A DNA stretch of 64,000 bases from Squalus acanthias. Taxonomy: Eukaryota. Position 1 is the first letter of the stretch. Each line of letters begins with the position of its first letter. Both the position numbers and the translations under genes were made by a program. Below, piece after piece: positions 1-13,200 of this stretch. Location of the stretch: positions 54,126,001 through 54,190,000 of the forward strand of contig CM059437.1 in NCBI GenBank assembly GCA_030390025.1. Direction: 5' to 3'. The notes beneath the pieces were generated by a model that was not told the origin of the DNA, did no database searches, and saw only the letters and a list, made by a program, of their open reading frames with translations.

Positions 1-1513
1 AGGTATACTTACCTGAGTGGTGTCCTAAGGAGACGGAGCAGCTGTACCAGGCCCTGCTAAAGAAATGTTTAGAAAATTTTACGAATTTGATTTTGCCAAT
101 ATAGACAAAGTAGTGCTATACAGAATACACCCTGAGAATCCTATGTGCACGGGTAGACAAAGAAGGGGAGCCTGGAATGATGTTTTCACTGCCTAAAGTC
201 CAGGATCCTTTGTAATAAATAGCCTGGATGACATGGAATTACAGACAGAGAAAAATGGTTTAAAAACCCAGTTAAGAAAGATCCTGAAGGATGGGAACAC
301 AGTGGTAGGCTCAGAGCTACATGAGGACCAAGCTATGACTGTTCATTTAAAGGAAATTATTGCAGAATTGGAAAGGCATGCCAAAACAGTAAATGCACTC
401 ATACGGGAGGATAGGAATGCATCGGATCAGGCTGCACAGAATGAGGTGTGTGTGCTGTACGGGGCATGGTTGCTGGGTGAGGGCCGTAGCAACCTGGAGG
501 ATTTAAAGCAAGGTTTAGTCCCCTCCTGGATCAGCAACAAGCACCTCGCAGCCCTCCACCCGTTTAGTAATTCCCTGAGCCCATGCCAATTTCGTCCAGC
601 CTCTGAAGCCTACCCTGTCCCAATAGATTGTGGGCGTTCCAATCACACTATCATGGAGATAGTAGTGAGGATGTAGGGCATGAGTGGGACAGCCCGACCC
701 GTACCAGTATACAGGGTGGAGAATATTGGAATCATTCAAGGAGGTGCACACATCCGTTTCACAGCGGTCCCACCTTATGTCATAAAGTGGGAGCACGCCA
801 TGACAGGTAATGACCTCTCCATGTCCCGGAGCCGGGGTTCACACATAATACTGTGTCCCCAGCACTTGAACGCCTATTCTAAACCACAGTGCGGGTTTAA
901 AGATGCTGGCGCACGACCTATAAACTGTACCATGGAGATAATGGCACATGGCCATGTTTCCCCACAGGTCGCATATATAGGGGGTGGGAGATATTGTGTC
1001 GCCACAGGTGCGACCCACTACCAGCATGGACACTTCTGGTGTCCTGTAAGTGACAGCAGTTTCTGCTTTAAACCCGAGGCAGAGGTTCAAGTGGCCCAGG
1101 AACGGATTGTCCCCATTCCTCAACCCTCCACTGTTCACCTCTCTGTAACAGAAAACATCACCAACCTGCAAAAGTATGTGACTAACATTGCATATAAAAT
1201 TCCCCCTCTACCCGAACATCTTACCATCCTACTTAAAGCTGTAGTGATTTCACAAAAACATTTCTACACCCTGGAAAAGAATACAGTTGAAATGGGGGCA
1301 GAGATTTTGGATATAGAAGTTCCACCCTGGTGGGATATTTTCGAGAATATAGAGGTGCCTTCCTGGATCAGGATGGCTTCCCATCTTTTGGTGGTCTGCC
1401 AGCTCGGGATAGTTCTCTACCTGCTGTGTACAAAGTGCAGGGGAAGGGACGGGGAGCTCCGTTCCAGACACGAAGGGACTTGGGAAGTGCATCAAAATAA
1501 AGGCTATGGCTAG
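1..1513 (+). pseudogene. env: Endogenous retrovirus env, 5'-truncated by the window edge; class I fusion protein with a long post-cleavage subunit (loki/spuma-like)
   Basis: One frame runs from 62 to 1513 (ORFs 233-676 and 680-1513 share it), broken by stops at 194-196 and 674-676 and a frameshift near 60. It has furin site RQRR|G (155-166), heptad-like helices, a Cys-rich region, a Trp-rich membrane-proximal PPWWDIF and a TM helix (HLLVVCQLGIVLYLLC). A PPT and LTR follow. Confidence 0.8.
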
Positions 1514-1807
1514 GGATGGAACGAACCTTGGTTATGTTAAAAAAAAAATTGTGTGTGTGTTGTGTCATTTTTATGATGTGTATGATGTGTTTTTCCAAGC
1601 TGTGCAGGGGTGTCGGACCCGCTCCGTGCTTGGATGTGAAATAAAGGTTGATTCTTACCTGTATGTACCTGAAACACCACATTTAATCGGGGAATGTATG
1701 TTTGGGTTATTAGTTTAGGTAATACAGGGGAAGGTTGGTTTTCGGGGATCAGAAATTTTGCTCACCTGTTAATGATACTAATTCAGTTTTAGTATCAAAG
1801 GGGGGAG

Positions 1808-3138
1808 TGTAGGCTTCGCAAAATACCTCAGAAACTCGAACAGAACACTAAAGCAAGTGATTTTTGTATCTTTCATACAAACGTGGGATGATGGGACCTA
1901 AGTGAAGTGATTTGAGGTAAAAACCTCAGTTTTGGACATTTTAAAGATCAGGGAATAAAAAACCCTGAGGAAAATTATCTTTGAATCTTACTGTTGGTAA
2001 AGACACCTATCACAGACACAGACAGGCTACGGATGGGCGTGGCCAGGCAGTGGACAGCTTTGGGTATTGGGTCCCAATCAAGCTGTCTGGGAATTTGTTT
2101 ACACTGCATTCCTACCAAGGAGGAAGAGACAAACCCAAAGCCTCACACACACATCGAAAAATGAATAATCCAAGACCTCTTTTGAAATTCCCAGGCCCAA
2201 ACAGGATAGCAGAAGCCTGAAATCATTAAAACATTTAGTACCCCGATTAGTTCATCAAAAACCAATCAACCAGGTATCCACAGGGACAGTTGTACAAGTC
2301 CGCCAAAAAACCTAGGACAATAGGGACAATATTTGGCGCGCAGATAAAGGCCCTGCCCAAATGGAAATATCGGAAGCCATCAGGACATGTTTAACACCAA
2401 GTTAAAGCCATCGAAACTAACAAGCCCGCCAAAACTAAGACAATGGAATAAACAGGGCTCATTTGAAATCTAAAGGAAACCGATTTAGTAAGGGGTTTTG
2501 GGCACGAAAAGGAAAAAGGGGCTGAACAGTATAATTGGGGGCCTAAACCCCCAAGACTCTCTCTCTCTCAGGACTCTCTGACAACGCTCTCAACGCTCGC
2601 ACAGCTCTCTCTCAGCTCTGCTCCAGCAGGACACCACAAGCCACGAGCAGGAGGAGGGAAGAAGGCCAACAACTTCACAAGCAGACCAACACGCAAGGAG
2701 AAACCAGAGCGACTGCCTCAGTGGCCATCGGACACCTTGCGGCAACAAGGGCCGTATGAAACCTTTTACTCAAAAGACTCTAAACCCTAATTCTCAACTG
2801 TCAAGGATTCGTTTGGCGAGCATTATCCCTGATCTGCTGAAACCAAAACCTAGCGAGATAGTGGGATTTTTGGGAGGGATAATGTTTTTTTGTATATTGT
2901 ATTTCTCCCTCACCTGTACCGTGTGTTCCCCAACCTGTGTTTAAGTATTAAGTGTGTTTTAAGTTTGTGACCTTTTTCTTTTAATAAAGTCAAAATTCTA
3001 TCATCAGAACCTGTTGTCTACTGCATCTTTGTTCACAACCCCTAAGTAAGTCCAAAGTCTAGAACCAGGGGCGTGGGAGCGATTCGAACCGCTCACTGAG
3101 TCAGAGGTGAAGGCTGACCCCAAATACCAACCCCTACA
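1808..3138 (+). mobile_element. ERV 3' LTR (1331 bp)
   Basis: Preceded by PPT AAAGGGGGGAG (1797-1807). Termini TGTAGG...CCTACA form a perfect 6-bp inverted repeat. AATAAA at 2983-2988. CR1 RT sequence begins immediately after 3138. Confidence 0.85.
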
Positions 3139-4640
3139 GCCACTAAGCCAATTTTGGATCCAATGTGCCAAATTGCCCTGGATCCCATGGGCTCTTACAT
3201 TCTTGACCAATCTCCCATGTGGGACTTTGTCAAAAGCCTTACTGAAGTCCATGTAGACTACATCAACTGCGCTACCCTCATGCACACACCTAGTCACCCC
3301 CCGAAAAATTCAATCAAATTGGTCAGTTATGATCTCCCCTGAAAAAGCCACGCTGACTATCCCTGATTAATCCCTGCCTCTCCAAGTGGAGACTAATTCT
3401 GTCCCTCAGAATTTTTTCCAATAATTTCCCTACCACTGATGTTAGGCTCACTGGCCTGTAATTCCCTGGTTTATCCCTGCTACCCTTCTTGAATAATGGT
3501 ATTCCGTTAGCTGTTCTCCAGTACTCTGGCTCCTCCTGAGGAAGGAGCAATCGATAGCTCCGAAAGCTTGTGATTTCAAATAAAACTGTTGGACTATAAC
3601 CTGGTGTTGTGCGACCTCTCAATTTTGTCCTCCCCTGTGGCCAGAGAGGTTCTGAAAATTTGTGTCAGAATCCCTGCAATCTTCTCCCTTGCCTCACAGA
3701 GCAACCTGGTTTACATCCCGTCAGGGCCTGGGGATTTAACCACTTTTAGGCAGCTAAAACCGCTAGTACCTCCTCCCTCTCAATCATAATTTGTTCAAGT
3801 ATATCACAATCTCCCTGCCTGATTTCTATGCCTACATCGTCCTTCTCCATAATGAACACAGATGCAAAATATTCATTTAAAACCTCACCTACATCTTTCA
3901 GCTCCACACACAGATTGCCACTTTGGTCCCTAATGGGCCCTACTCTTTCCCTGGTTATCCTTTTGCCCTTAATATACTTATAAAACACCTTGGAATTTTC
4001 CTTTATTTTGCCCACCAGTGTTTTTTCATGCCCCCTCTTCGCTCTCCTAATTTCTTTTTTAATACCCCCCTGCACTTTTTATACTCCTCTAGGGCTTCCA
4101 CTGTTTTTAGTCCTTTGTATCTGCCAAAAGCCTCCCTTTTTTCCGAATCCATTGTTGTATATCCCTTGACATCCAGGGTTCCCTGGGTTTGTTGGTTCCA
4201 TCTTGACCTTTACGGGAACATGTTGGCGTTGTACTCTCTCTATTTCCTTTCTGAAAGACTCCCACTGCTCTGATGTGGATTTTCCTACAAGTAGCTGATA
4301 CCAGTCCACTTTGGCCAGATCCTGCCTTATCATAATAAAAGCGGCCTTCCCCCAATTTGGAACCTTTATTTCCAGTCCATATTTGTCCTTTTCCACGACT
4401 ACCTTCAATCTCACCGAATTGTGATCACTGTCACCAAAATGTTCTCCTGCTGACACTTCTACCACTTGCCCGGCTACATTCCCTAGAATTAGGTACAGTA
4501 CTGCCCCCTCTCTTGTAGGACTGTCTGCATGCTGGTTCAAAAAGCTCTCCTGGATGCAATTAAAGAATTCCGCTACCTCTAAGCCATTCACACTCTAACT
4601 ATCCCAGTTAATATTGGGGAAGTTAAAATCCCCTACAATT
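3139..4640 (-). mobile_element. CR1-type LINE ORF2 fragment (endonuclease end to RT start), interrupted by the ERV
   Basis: Motifs GDSDHNSV, PGNYRPVSLTSVVGKLLE and VDVVYMDFSKAFDKVPH; frameshifted. Confidence 0.9.
3536..3627 (+). mobile_element. Short Penelope-type pLTR fragment with hammerhead core, inserted in CR1
   Basis: CTGAGGA-a-GGAGC(loop)GCTCC-GAAAGCTT core; TCCTCC is duplicated at both flanks; the insert interrupts the CR1 reading frame. Confidence 0.6.
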
Positions 4641-5789
4641 ATTACTCTGGTATTTTACCTGCTACTGATGTCAGGCTGGCCTCTGATTCCCGTTTTTTCC
4701 CTTCCTCCTTTCTTAAATAGCGCGGTTAAAAAGGGGACGCCTCTTGCACTGTTGAAACCCTGCACAAAGCTGAAGTGCTGCGTGCGAGACCCTGGGTGCC
4801 CCTTCCCCGGCTTGCTGAACTATTTGTGTTAGTGCTGAGACACTTTCCCGTTTTTCGAGGTTCAAAAGGGAATTCAGCTTTAAGTGCTGAAGACTCCCAT
4901 TCATTTTAATGTTTTTTTGAAAGGCAGTAAGGGCTGTAATCTGCATTTTACACTTCATTTTATTTTTATTTCAGAAGTCATTGCCTTTTTAATTACCCAC
5001 AATTCCTAGCGAACTGCATAGCCTCGCTGTTCGAGTCTGTTAGAAGCTGGAATGTTACTTCATGACTCTACAGGAGGGCGTTACACAGTAAGTTAGCGCT
5101 GGGCTAACAATCTTAAGCCCCCAGCACTAATTTTACCTGGTAGCGCTTCGTCCATTTTCAGCGGCGTCAGCCCTAGTTGCCAGTGACAAAGGCAACTCAC
5201 GTGGCGGCCATGAATTCCTCCCGCGCCCCGAATTTTCTTTCACATTGCTGTGTGCACGAAGTATAGGTGGTGCAATATTGTCACCTGCTGGTGCAATAGC
5301 ATATGACACACGGGGATGATATGATAGTAGTCTTGGAGCTGATAGGTTCGAAGCAAGTCACCTGCAGTTACTTTGAAATTGCCTATCAAATATATAAATA
5401 TCAGTGAGCTTGAGAACGAGTGGCCCTTTAATATTACAATCTATCTGGTGAGGTGTGTGCTAATACCTGCCCAATGGATATTCTACTTTTGAGGCTATAA
5501 ACGTATTAATTGCATGTACTATTCAGTGTGTTATCATTAATTAACAGGCATCTGTCAGATGAACCATTGCCTGATAGTTTCTCGGATCTGTTTATCAAAT
5601 AAAGGATAGGTCACAGGAGCTAGAGTAATAGTCCTGACGTGATATCAAGAATTAGCTCTGGGCTTCTCCCACTCCACCGTAACTTGTGCGGTAGTTTGGT
5701 GGAAACCCGGGGGATGAAATTGGTCTCCTGTGAGGGAGTAAAACAGGCCAGTGAATCGGTGGCCAATTTCAGCAGGGTGTAAAAACGGG

Positions 5790-6385
5790 TATAACAACAG
5801 AAAATGCTGGAAACACTCAGCAGGTCAGGCAGCATCGAGGAGAGAGAAACAGTGTTAACGTTTCGGATCGAGGACACTTCGTTAGAACTGGAAAAGGTGA
5901 GAGAAGAGAGACTTTTAAGCAAGTGCAGTGGCAGGGACAGGGAGGAGGTGAGGAAAGAACATAGGGATGGTCTGTGATAGATTGGAAGGCAGGGGAGATT
6001 AAAAGACAAACGGGATGGTGGTGCAAGGCAAAAGGAGAGGTAATGGGAGAAGTTAACTAAGAAAAGATGACTCTAGATGAGCTGTAAATGGCGATGGCAA
6101 TATCAACAACTACCATGTGAGAGACAAAAAAGGGAAAAATAAATAAAATATAGGGGACGAGGTTATAGTCTGAAATGCTTGAGCTCGATGTTAAGTCCAG
6201 AAGGCTTTAGAGTGCCTAATCGAAAGACGAGGTGCTGTTCCTCGAGCTTACGTTGAACTTCGTTGGAACAGTGTAAGAGGCCGAGGACCGAGAGATCAGA
6301 GATGGAGTGGAGCGGAGAATTAAAGTGACAAGCGACTGGAAGCTTGGGGTCACCCTTACTGACTGAACGGAGGTGTTTCGCAGTC
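5790..6385 (-). mobile_element. Penelope-like element 3' end (GIY-YIG endonuclease C-terminus plus pLTR with degenerate hammerhead)
   Basis: Translation HLRSV...PVACHFNS..HS.SDL.V.GL...RKLEEQHLVFRLGTLKPSGLN. The minus strand reads CTAACGA...GAAACGTTAAC near 5855-5890. Confidence 0.8.
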
Positions 6386-6469
6386 ATTCTCCCAGTTTCT
6401 CCGTCTCCGCCGCATCTGTTCTGTCGTTGGGGTGGGGGGGAGGGGGGGGGGCGTTGGGAGGGTGGTGCA

Positions 6470-6720
6470 GGGGTGGCGCGACAACATATTTTGCAGTAGG
6501 AAGGTATTATGACAACTTCCAACATCTTGGGTGTTGACATGAAAGATTCTCTTCATGTTGTCACACACAATCTCGACATTCTGGGATATGAAGCGCCTCG
6601 TGAAGTGATTTTCTGTGGTAGTTTGCAAAGCAACATGCTTCCCATCGATTGCAGACTTCCCCGGCAAAGTGGATGGCCCGAATATGTTTCTGCGTTTCTG
6701 TGATTCCAAAGGTAAATAAT
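6470..6720 (-). mobile_element. Highly decayed RTE-like LINE RT fragment (paralog at ~54960-55200)
   Basis: Faint ESQ...S.ID...LQ...RFIS....DNM pattern; shared between duplication units. Confidence 0.35.
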
Positions 6721-8349
6721 CTGCCTGCTGTCCTGTAAGGTAGTCAACAACATAATCAATGACCGGCCCATACTACTGCCCGGCTTATAGTGCAGAGATG
6801 CTAGAAAATAGAAAAATTGCTGGCAGTGATTACCTGTATAGCTCTTGAGAGATCAGTGTGAGTAGATGAGCGTGGCTGTAGGGCTATCGATATAATTGCC
6901 CTGTTGCCTCTTTGGTAAACTACACTGTGCTTGTGCACAACTCCTCAGAAAGTATGGAGTAATATCTGGTAGGCCGAATGCTTCTTAAATCCTGCCTGAG
7001 GTTTCTTTGCTCCATCCTGCACTGAATCTCCTCCTCCACGATAATTGCATACAACGGTAAGTCAATAGGAAATATCATCCTCAGGATCGTGAGACTGAAA
7101 GGATTCCCTGACCTTAGTTCATACAGAATGACACCGACAGAAGTTACAATTGATGATGATTAGTTAAAGAGGAGAGTTTACCTTCTGCACTTTACACCAG
7201 TTCTCATTCTGTATACGCAGGAAACAACGAGGGAGATGTCCAATGGAAACCTGAACCGTAAATAGCGGAATGGACTCCTCCTGTGTTGTATGATTCTATG
7301 ATGCTACAATTCAATGATTCTATAGATCAAAGAATCAGGGATCCTTAATATCAACACTGTGTATACAATAATCGAAAATGTTCCTTGCTCAGTCTAATTT
7401 TTATTGTCATTTGATCTCGGGTTATGGGCAACAATGGCATGGCCTCAGTTATTGTCCATCAGTAGGTGCCCTGAGAAATTGGTGAAGGGCGTTCTCCTTG
7501 AAGATCTGCAATCCCAGGTGATTGAACCAGCGACCGTGAAAGAGCAATGATATATATCCAAGTTGGGCTGTGTATGGCTTGGAGGGGAACCTGGAGCTGA
7601 TGGTGTTCGCAAAAAAATGTTGTCCTGATTCTTCTAGGGGTTAATGTTGCAATGAGGACCAGTGCTATCAAATCAACCGTGGTAATTTGCTGCAGTGCAT
7701 TCTGCAGATCCTACATATTGCTGTTAAAGTATGCCAATGATGGGCTAAACCTCGGGTTCATTGGCAGGTGCTCAGATCAAGCGAAGTGTTCTCTTTTGAT
7801 TGGTGGTGAAATACTTGAGTGTTGTTGAGGCTGCACGCCTCCAGACGTGTGGTTACAGCTACTGGAGGCATTGTGTTTGAATTCCTCTGTGGTAGGAATT
7901 CCTATGGTTACTGTGTAATGCAATACCGTAAATGTTTGTGAGATTTCCCCTTGCTTGACTCGTGAACGTAGAAGCTTGGGGAAAGTTCTTCTCGTAGGTT
8001 TACGAGATCACCAGCAATACTGAATGAGAGAATCTTCATCAACGCATTTACAGTGTCTCACAAATCGTGATTAATCAATTCCTAATACGCCTGTCAATAA
8101 GTTGACTGAGGAACACCCGGTGTTAACACAAAGCTAAACTCAGAGCCACCAATGTCACATTGCACAGCTTTAGAATGAACTAAAACACTCGTCACTCTCA
8201 CATAAACAGTATTGATCACTTTCACTATTGTTGCTTTACACTCATAACTTTAGGGACCCAGTCTTTCTCACTTTATTAAATCTCACGATTTCGTGTAACC
8301 CCTTGTTATGACTCGTTATTTTCTCCGCTTTACTTGTCAAATATTTAAA

Positions 8350-9480
8350 ACTCAAGGAGATACAAAGCATGTTTATGGAATCTGACCGCATAATTGAACC
8401 CTTTAAGCCCTGGTATCATTTTGATGAATCTGTACTACACCTCTTCCAAGACTAAGATATCTTTCCTATGTTCGGTGCCCAGAACTGAATGCAATACTCC
8501 AGATGGGGTCTGACCAAGGCTATGCACAACGGAAGCATTACTCCTTCACTTTTTAATTTCAATCCCCTTGCGATGAAGTTCAACATTCCATTTAGCCTCT
8601 TTGATCACCTTTTGCACCTGTGCACTAAATTTTAGTGATTTGTGTAAATGGACAACTAAATCCGTTTGCTCATCCACAGCTCGTAGTCTCTCAGCATTAA
8701 GCAAATATTCTGATTTGTCATTCTCAGGCCCAAAGTGGATGACTTCATGCTTCCCCACATTGAGCTACAGCTGCCATAATTTTGTCCCTTCACTTAGTCT
8801 ATCTATGTAACCTCCAGCGCCGATCCACGCAACCTATTGTGCCTCCTAACTTACTGTCATCTGCAGACATGTACATACAACTCACTATGCCTTCATCCAA
8901 ATCATTCATATATATAGTGAAAAGCTGAGGTCCCAGACCTGATCCCCAGTGAACACGACTTATCACATCCAGCCAATCAGACAACAAACTCTTTATCCTT
9001 ACTCTCTCTGTCTCCTACCTCCCAATCAATTAACATCCCATACCTTCAATTAAATTATTTACTTGTTCTGTAGGTTGTTATCTTATATTTATGCCTCCAT
9101 GGTCTGGACTCACCCACAGTGGAAACTGCTTATCCACGTACCCACTATCGCTCTCTATCATAAATTTAAAGGCCTGTATCAAATTTCAGCAGTCTTCTCT
9201 TTTCCAGAGAAAAGAGCCCAACCTGTTCAGTTTTACTGATAGTTGCATTCTCCCATGTCTAGATATATCCGTTTAATTATTTTCTGCACTTTCTCCAGTC
9301 CTTCAATACCATGTACGTAGTATGGAGACCAGAACTGAACACCGTTCTATATAACTCTAACACGAACTACCTGCTATTGTATTCTATTTTTCTAGAAAGG
9401 AACCCGCGCTTTTTGCAATCTTTATGGCCTTAACAACTTGTGTTGCTACTTTTAGCGATTTATGAATTATTAGTCTTAAA
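8350..9480 (-). mobile_element. Degenerate CR1 LINE RT and 3' fragments (paralog ~61140-62330)
   Basis: GSGLGPQLFTIYMNDLD, ADDSKL, LVRPHLEYCIQF-like motifs. Confidence 0.75.
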
Positions 9481-9977
9481 TCAGTCTGAACAACGAAGAC
9501 TATGTACTAAAGGGGATACCGTACCGAGTGTGCGATTATTGCGATGCTCAACTTAAAAAACGCGACTCTCATCTGAGACAACGGCCTGACAGAATCTGTA
9601 GTTATGACGCTTTGACCTGCTACTAATAACACCTGTTTTAATATAACCATATTGACCAATGATTAAAGTCCTCGGATAGCTTTTAAAAAAAAACATGCAG
9701 TTGCAGAAACTGCACAGATGTAGTTCCGGAATATAGAAAGGGTAGGCGGTCAGAGGTTTCCCCTGAGTTTGCGTAACCAGATTATTTAGAAGAACTTACA
9801 GCACGTGCTTTGAATCCTTGTATTAAAAACGGACACAATTCAGCCAGGTCAATTTTAAAATTATGTTGTAAGATTATTTTCACGAAATGTTATACAATGT
9901 GTACGTAATGTCACTATTCCGACTGATTTACCTGACGTTACATAAAATGTGCAGAATGCCACATAAAATAAAACCTC

Positions 9978-10239
9978 TGTGGCGGATCGCCACCTAAGAC
10001 GGGCATAATCCACTCTTCCGTCTGTGGGCAAATTTCCAGCACCTTCCCCTTTAAGGCACATTACCTTTAAGGCAGAAGGGGGCGGGGCCTCAGGTTTTAC
10101 CCAGAGAATTCTGGGAGTTTTTCCAGAGAATTCTGGGAGCAGCTCTCTCAACCTTTTTGTGTGCCATGCAGTGAATAAAAGTTTCTTGATTTCCACATAT
10201 GGATTCAGCCTCGATTCGTGTTTCGCGGCAGCCTCAACA
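9978..10239 (+). repeat. Gypsy 5' LTR
   Basis: Direct repeat of 14113-14374; TG...CA termini; internal AATAAA. Confidence 0.95.
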
Positions 10240-10240
10240 T

Positions 10241-10254
10241 TGGTGACCCCGACG
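10241..10254 (+). promoter_or_regulatory. Primer-binding site (tRNA-Trp)
   Basis: TGGTGACCCCGACG is complementary to the 3' end of eukaryotic tRNA-Trp (…CGUCGGGGUCACCA). Confidence 0.85.
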
Positions 10255-10279
10255 CTCAGAACGTATTCTGAGCACTGCA

Positions 10280-13200
10280 ATGGTGGACACGAACGCAGTT
10301 TCCGTGAAACTGCCGGAGTTTTGGGAAAACCAGCCCGAAGCCTGGTTTCTCCAAGCTGAATCTTGCTTCCGGCTTCGAAATATCACCACAGATGGGATTA
10401 AGTACGACTATCTCGTCACATCACTCAGTAGCGCCGCAGTTTCCAAGGTTTGGACAACGCTGCAGAACCCACCAGAGGAAGGCAAGTACGCACATCTCAG
10501 AACAGCGCTCCTTAAAAAATTTACGGTCTCGGCATATCAGCGAAACTGCCACCTCCTCGACCTTCCAGGCCTCGGTGATGCCTCACCGTCAGACCTCCTC
10601 TCCCACATGCTCTCCCTCACCGATGAGAGCCCACCCGGATCCCTCTTCCACATGCTGTTCATCCGCCAGCTCCCTCTCAGCATCTGCCCAGCGATCATGG
10701 CGTCCGGCCTCACGAACCTGGAAGCCCTGGCCGATGAGGCCGACAAGCTGCTGTCCGCTCACTCCAGCCGCGACGTCACTCCGGACCTGGCAGCCAATGC
10801 CTGGGCGCGCCCCTCACCATCCAGCACACGGCCACAAGGGCCTGTCACCAGGCCCACGGGGCTTTCACGCCCCACTAACCCGGGCCACTGTTACTACCAT
10901 GCACGGTTCGGCGCCAGGGCACAATGGTGCACACCTCCCTGCTCTTTCAAGTCCGCCCCCGTTCCAGCCCCCGCGATGGCCGTGGGCCACGCGGGCTCCC
11001 TACTGTTCATCACGGATGACAAAACTGGCTGCCGGTTCCTGTGCGACACTGGGACTCAGCACAGCATCATCCCGGCCTCCTCCCTCAACATCCAAAAGGG
11101 CGAACGAGGACCAGCGCTGGCTGCTGCTAACGGCTCGGAAATCCGGACGTATGGCACCCGGACAGTCACCCTCGACCTCGCTGGTCACCGCTACCGATGG
11201 GAGTTCATCACTGCCACGGTGCCCTCCCCCCTCATCGGCGCAGATTTCCTGTGTGCCCACGGCTTACTGGTAGACATCCCTCGTCACCGCCTCGTGGACA
11301 TGAACACCATGTCACCCATCCTGGGCGCCATGGCCCCCCGTCAACCTGCCGACATGGCATCACAGTGCCACGCCCGGGCCACAGATGACTACTCGGCACT
11401 CCTGGCTGAATTCCCGGCCCTTACCAATCCGACCTTCTCCGCGGAGGCCGCCAAACACGGGGTGGAACACTTCATCCCCACCACAGGCCCCCCAGTGTAC
11501 ACCCACGCCCGCAGGCTGGACCCGGCCAAACTGGAGATCGCGCGGACCGAGTTTGCCACCATGGAACAGCTCGGCATCATCCGCCACTCCAACAGTCCCT
11601 GGGCCTCCCCACTCCACATCACCCCCAAACCAGGCTGTGGTTGGCGCCCCTGCGGGGATTACCGCCGCCTCAATGACGCCACCACCCCTAATCGGTACCC
11701 CGTGCCGCACATTCAGGACTTCTCAGCTAGACTGGCCGGCCGCTCTGTCTTTTCCAAGGTCGACCTGGTGCGCGGCTACCACTAAGTCCCCGTCCACCAC
11801 GCGGCCGTCCCCAAGACGGCCGTAATCACCCCCTTTGGCCTGTTTGAGTTCCTGCGGATGCCCTTCGGCCTCAAAAACGCGGCCCAGGCATTCCAACGGC
11901 TCATGGACTCGGTCCTTCGGGACCTGAAGTTCCTGTTTGTCTACCTGGACGACATCCTGGTAGCCAGTTCCTCCAAGCAGGAACACCTCGAACACCTTCG
12001 CATCCTGTTCGGGCGCCTCAGCGACCACGGGCTCAACCTCAGCCCAGTCAAATGCCAGTTCGGCCGGGACAAGATCGACTTCCTCGGCCACCACATCACC
12101 CATGCTGGGGCCATTCCCCTGCCCACCAAGGTGCAGGCCGTCCAACAATTTCCCCGCCCCACCACCATCAAAGGCCTCCAGGAGTTCCTCGGGATGGTGA
12201 ATTTCTATAACCGATTCATCCCCAAAGCGGCGTCCCTCATGAGGCCCCTGTATGAAGCCCTCCGGGGCAGGAGCGGCAAGATGGCGGTCGAATGGACGGC
12301 AGATGCCTCCGCCGCCTTCAATTCCTCCAAGACCGCGCTCGCCAACACCACCCTGCTCGCACACCCATGGCCCAATGCCAGGGCAGTGCTCACCACGGTC
12401 GCCTCCGACCACATGGTCGGCGCCATGTATGAGCAGTGGGTCGACGGCGCCTGGCAACCACGTGCCTTGTTCAACCGCCAACTACGCCCCCCGGAGGTCA
12501 AGTACAGCACCTTCGACAGCGAGCTCCTCGCGCTGTTCCTGGCGGTCCGCCATTTCCGGTTTTTGCTTGAGGGCCACCCCTTCACTGCGTTTGTCGACCA
12601 CAAGCCCCTGACATTCACAATGGCAAAGACAACCGTCCCCTTGTCCGCCAGGCAGCAGCGCCAGCTTGCGGCAGTGTCCAAGTTCACCACGGACATCCAA
12701 CACATCTCCGGCCGAGACAATGTGGTAGCCGACTGCCTCTCCCACCCCGCCATCCATGCCGCACACCTAGCAGTCGACTACGCTCAACTCGCAGCAGACC
12801 AGATCACCGACCCTGATCTGCTCTCCGCACCCACCAACCTACCAGGGCTACGCCTGGCCGACGTCACCTGTGGCCCGACCGCAGTCACGGTCAAGTGCGA
12901 CATATCCCTATGTCAACCTCGGCCCGTTGTCCCAGCGTCCTGGCGCCGCCGGGTATTCGACATTCTCCACAACCTCTCCCACCCCGGCGCCCGCGCATCC
13001 ATCAAATTGGTAGCCAACCGCTTTGTCTGGCGCGGCCTTCGCAAGGATATGCGTACTTGGGCCAACTCCTGCCTAGCCTGCCAACGGGCCAAGGTACAGC
13101 AACACACGAAAGCACCCCTCGAGGAGTTTACCGTCCCCTCGCGGAGATTCGACCACATCCACGTGGACATCATCGGGCCCCTGCCGCCGTCGCAAGGCCA

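Noticed and set aside
11783-11785. Stop between the two Gypsy ORFs as programmed gag-pol readthrough
   Set aside because: It falls inside RT (GYH-Q-VP, CAA>TAA), not at the gag-pol boundary; a simple nonsense mutation
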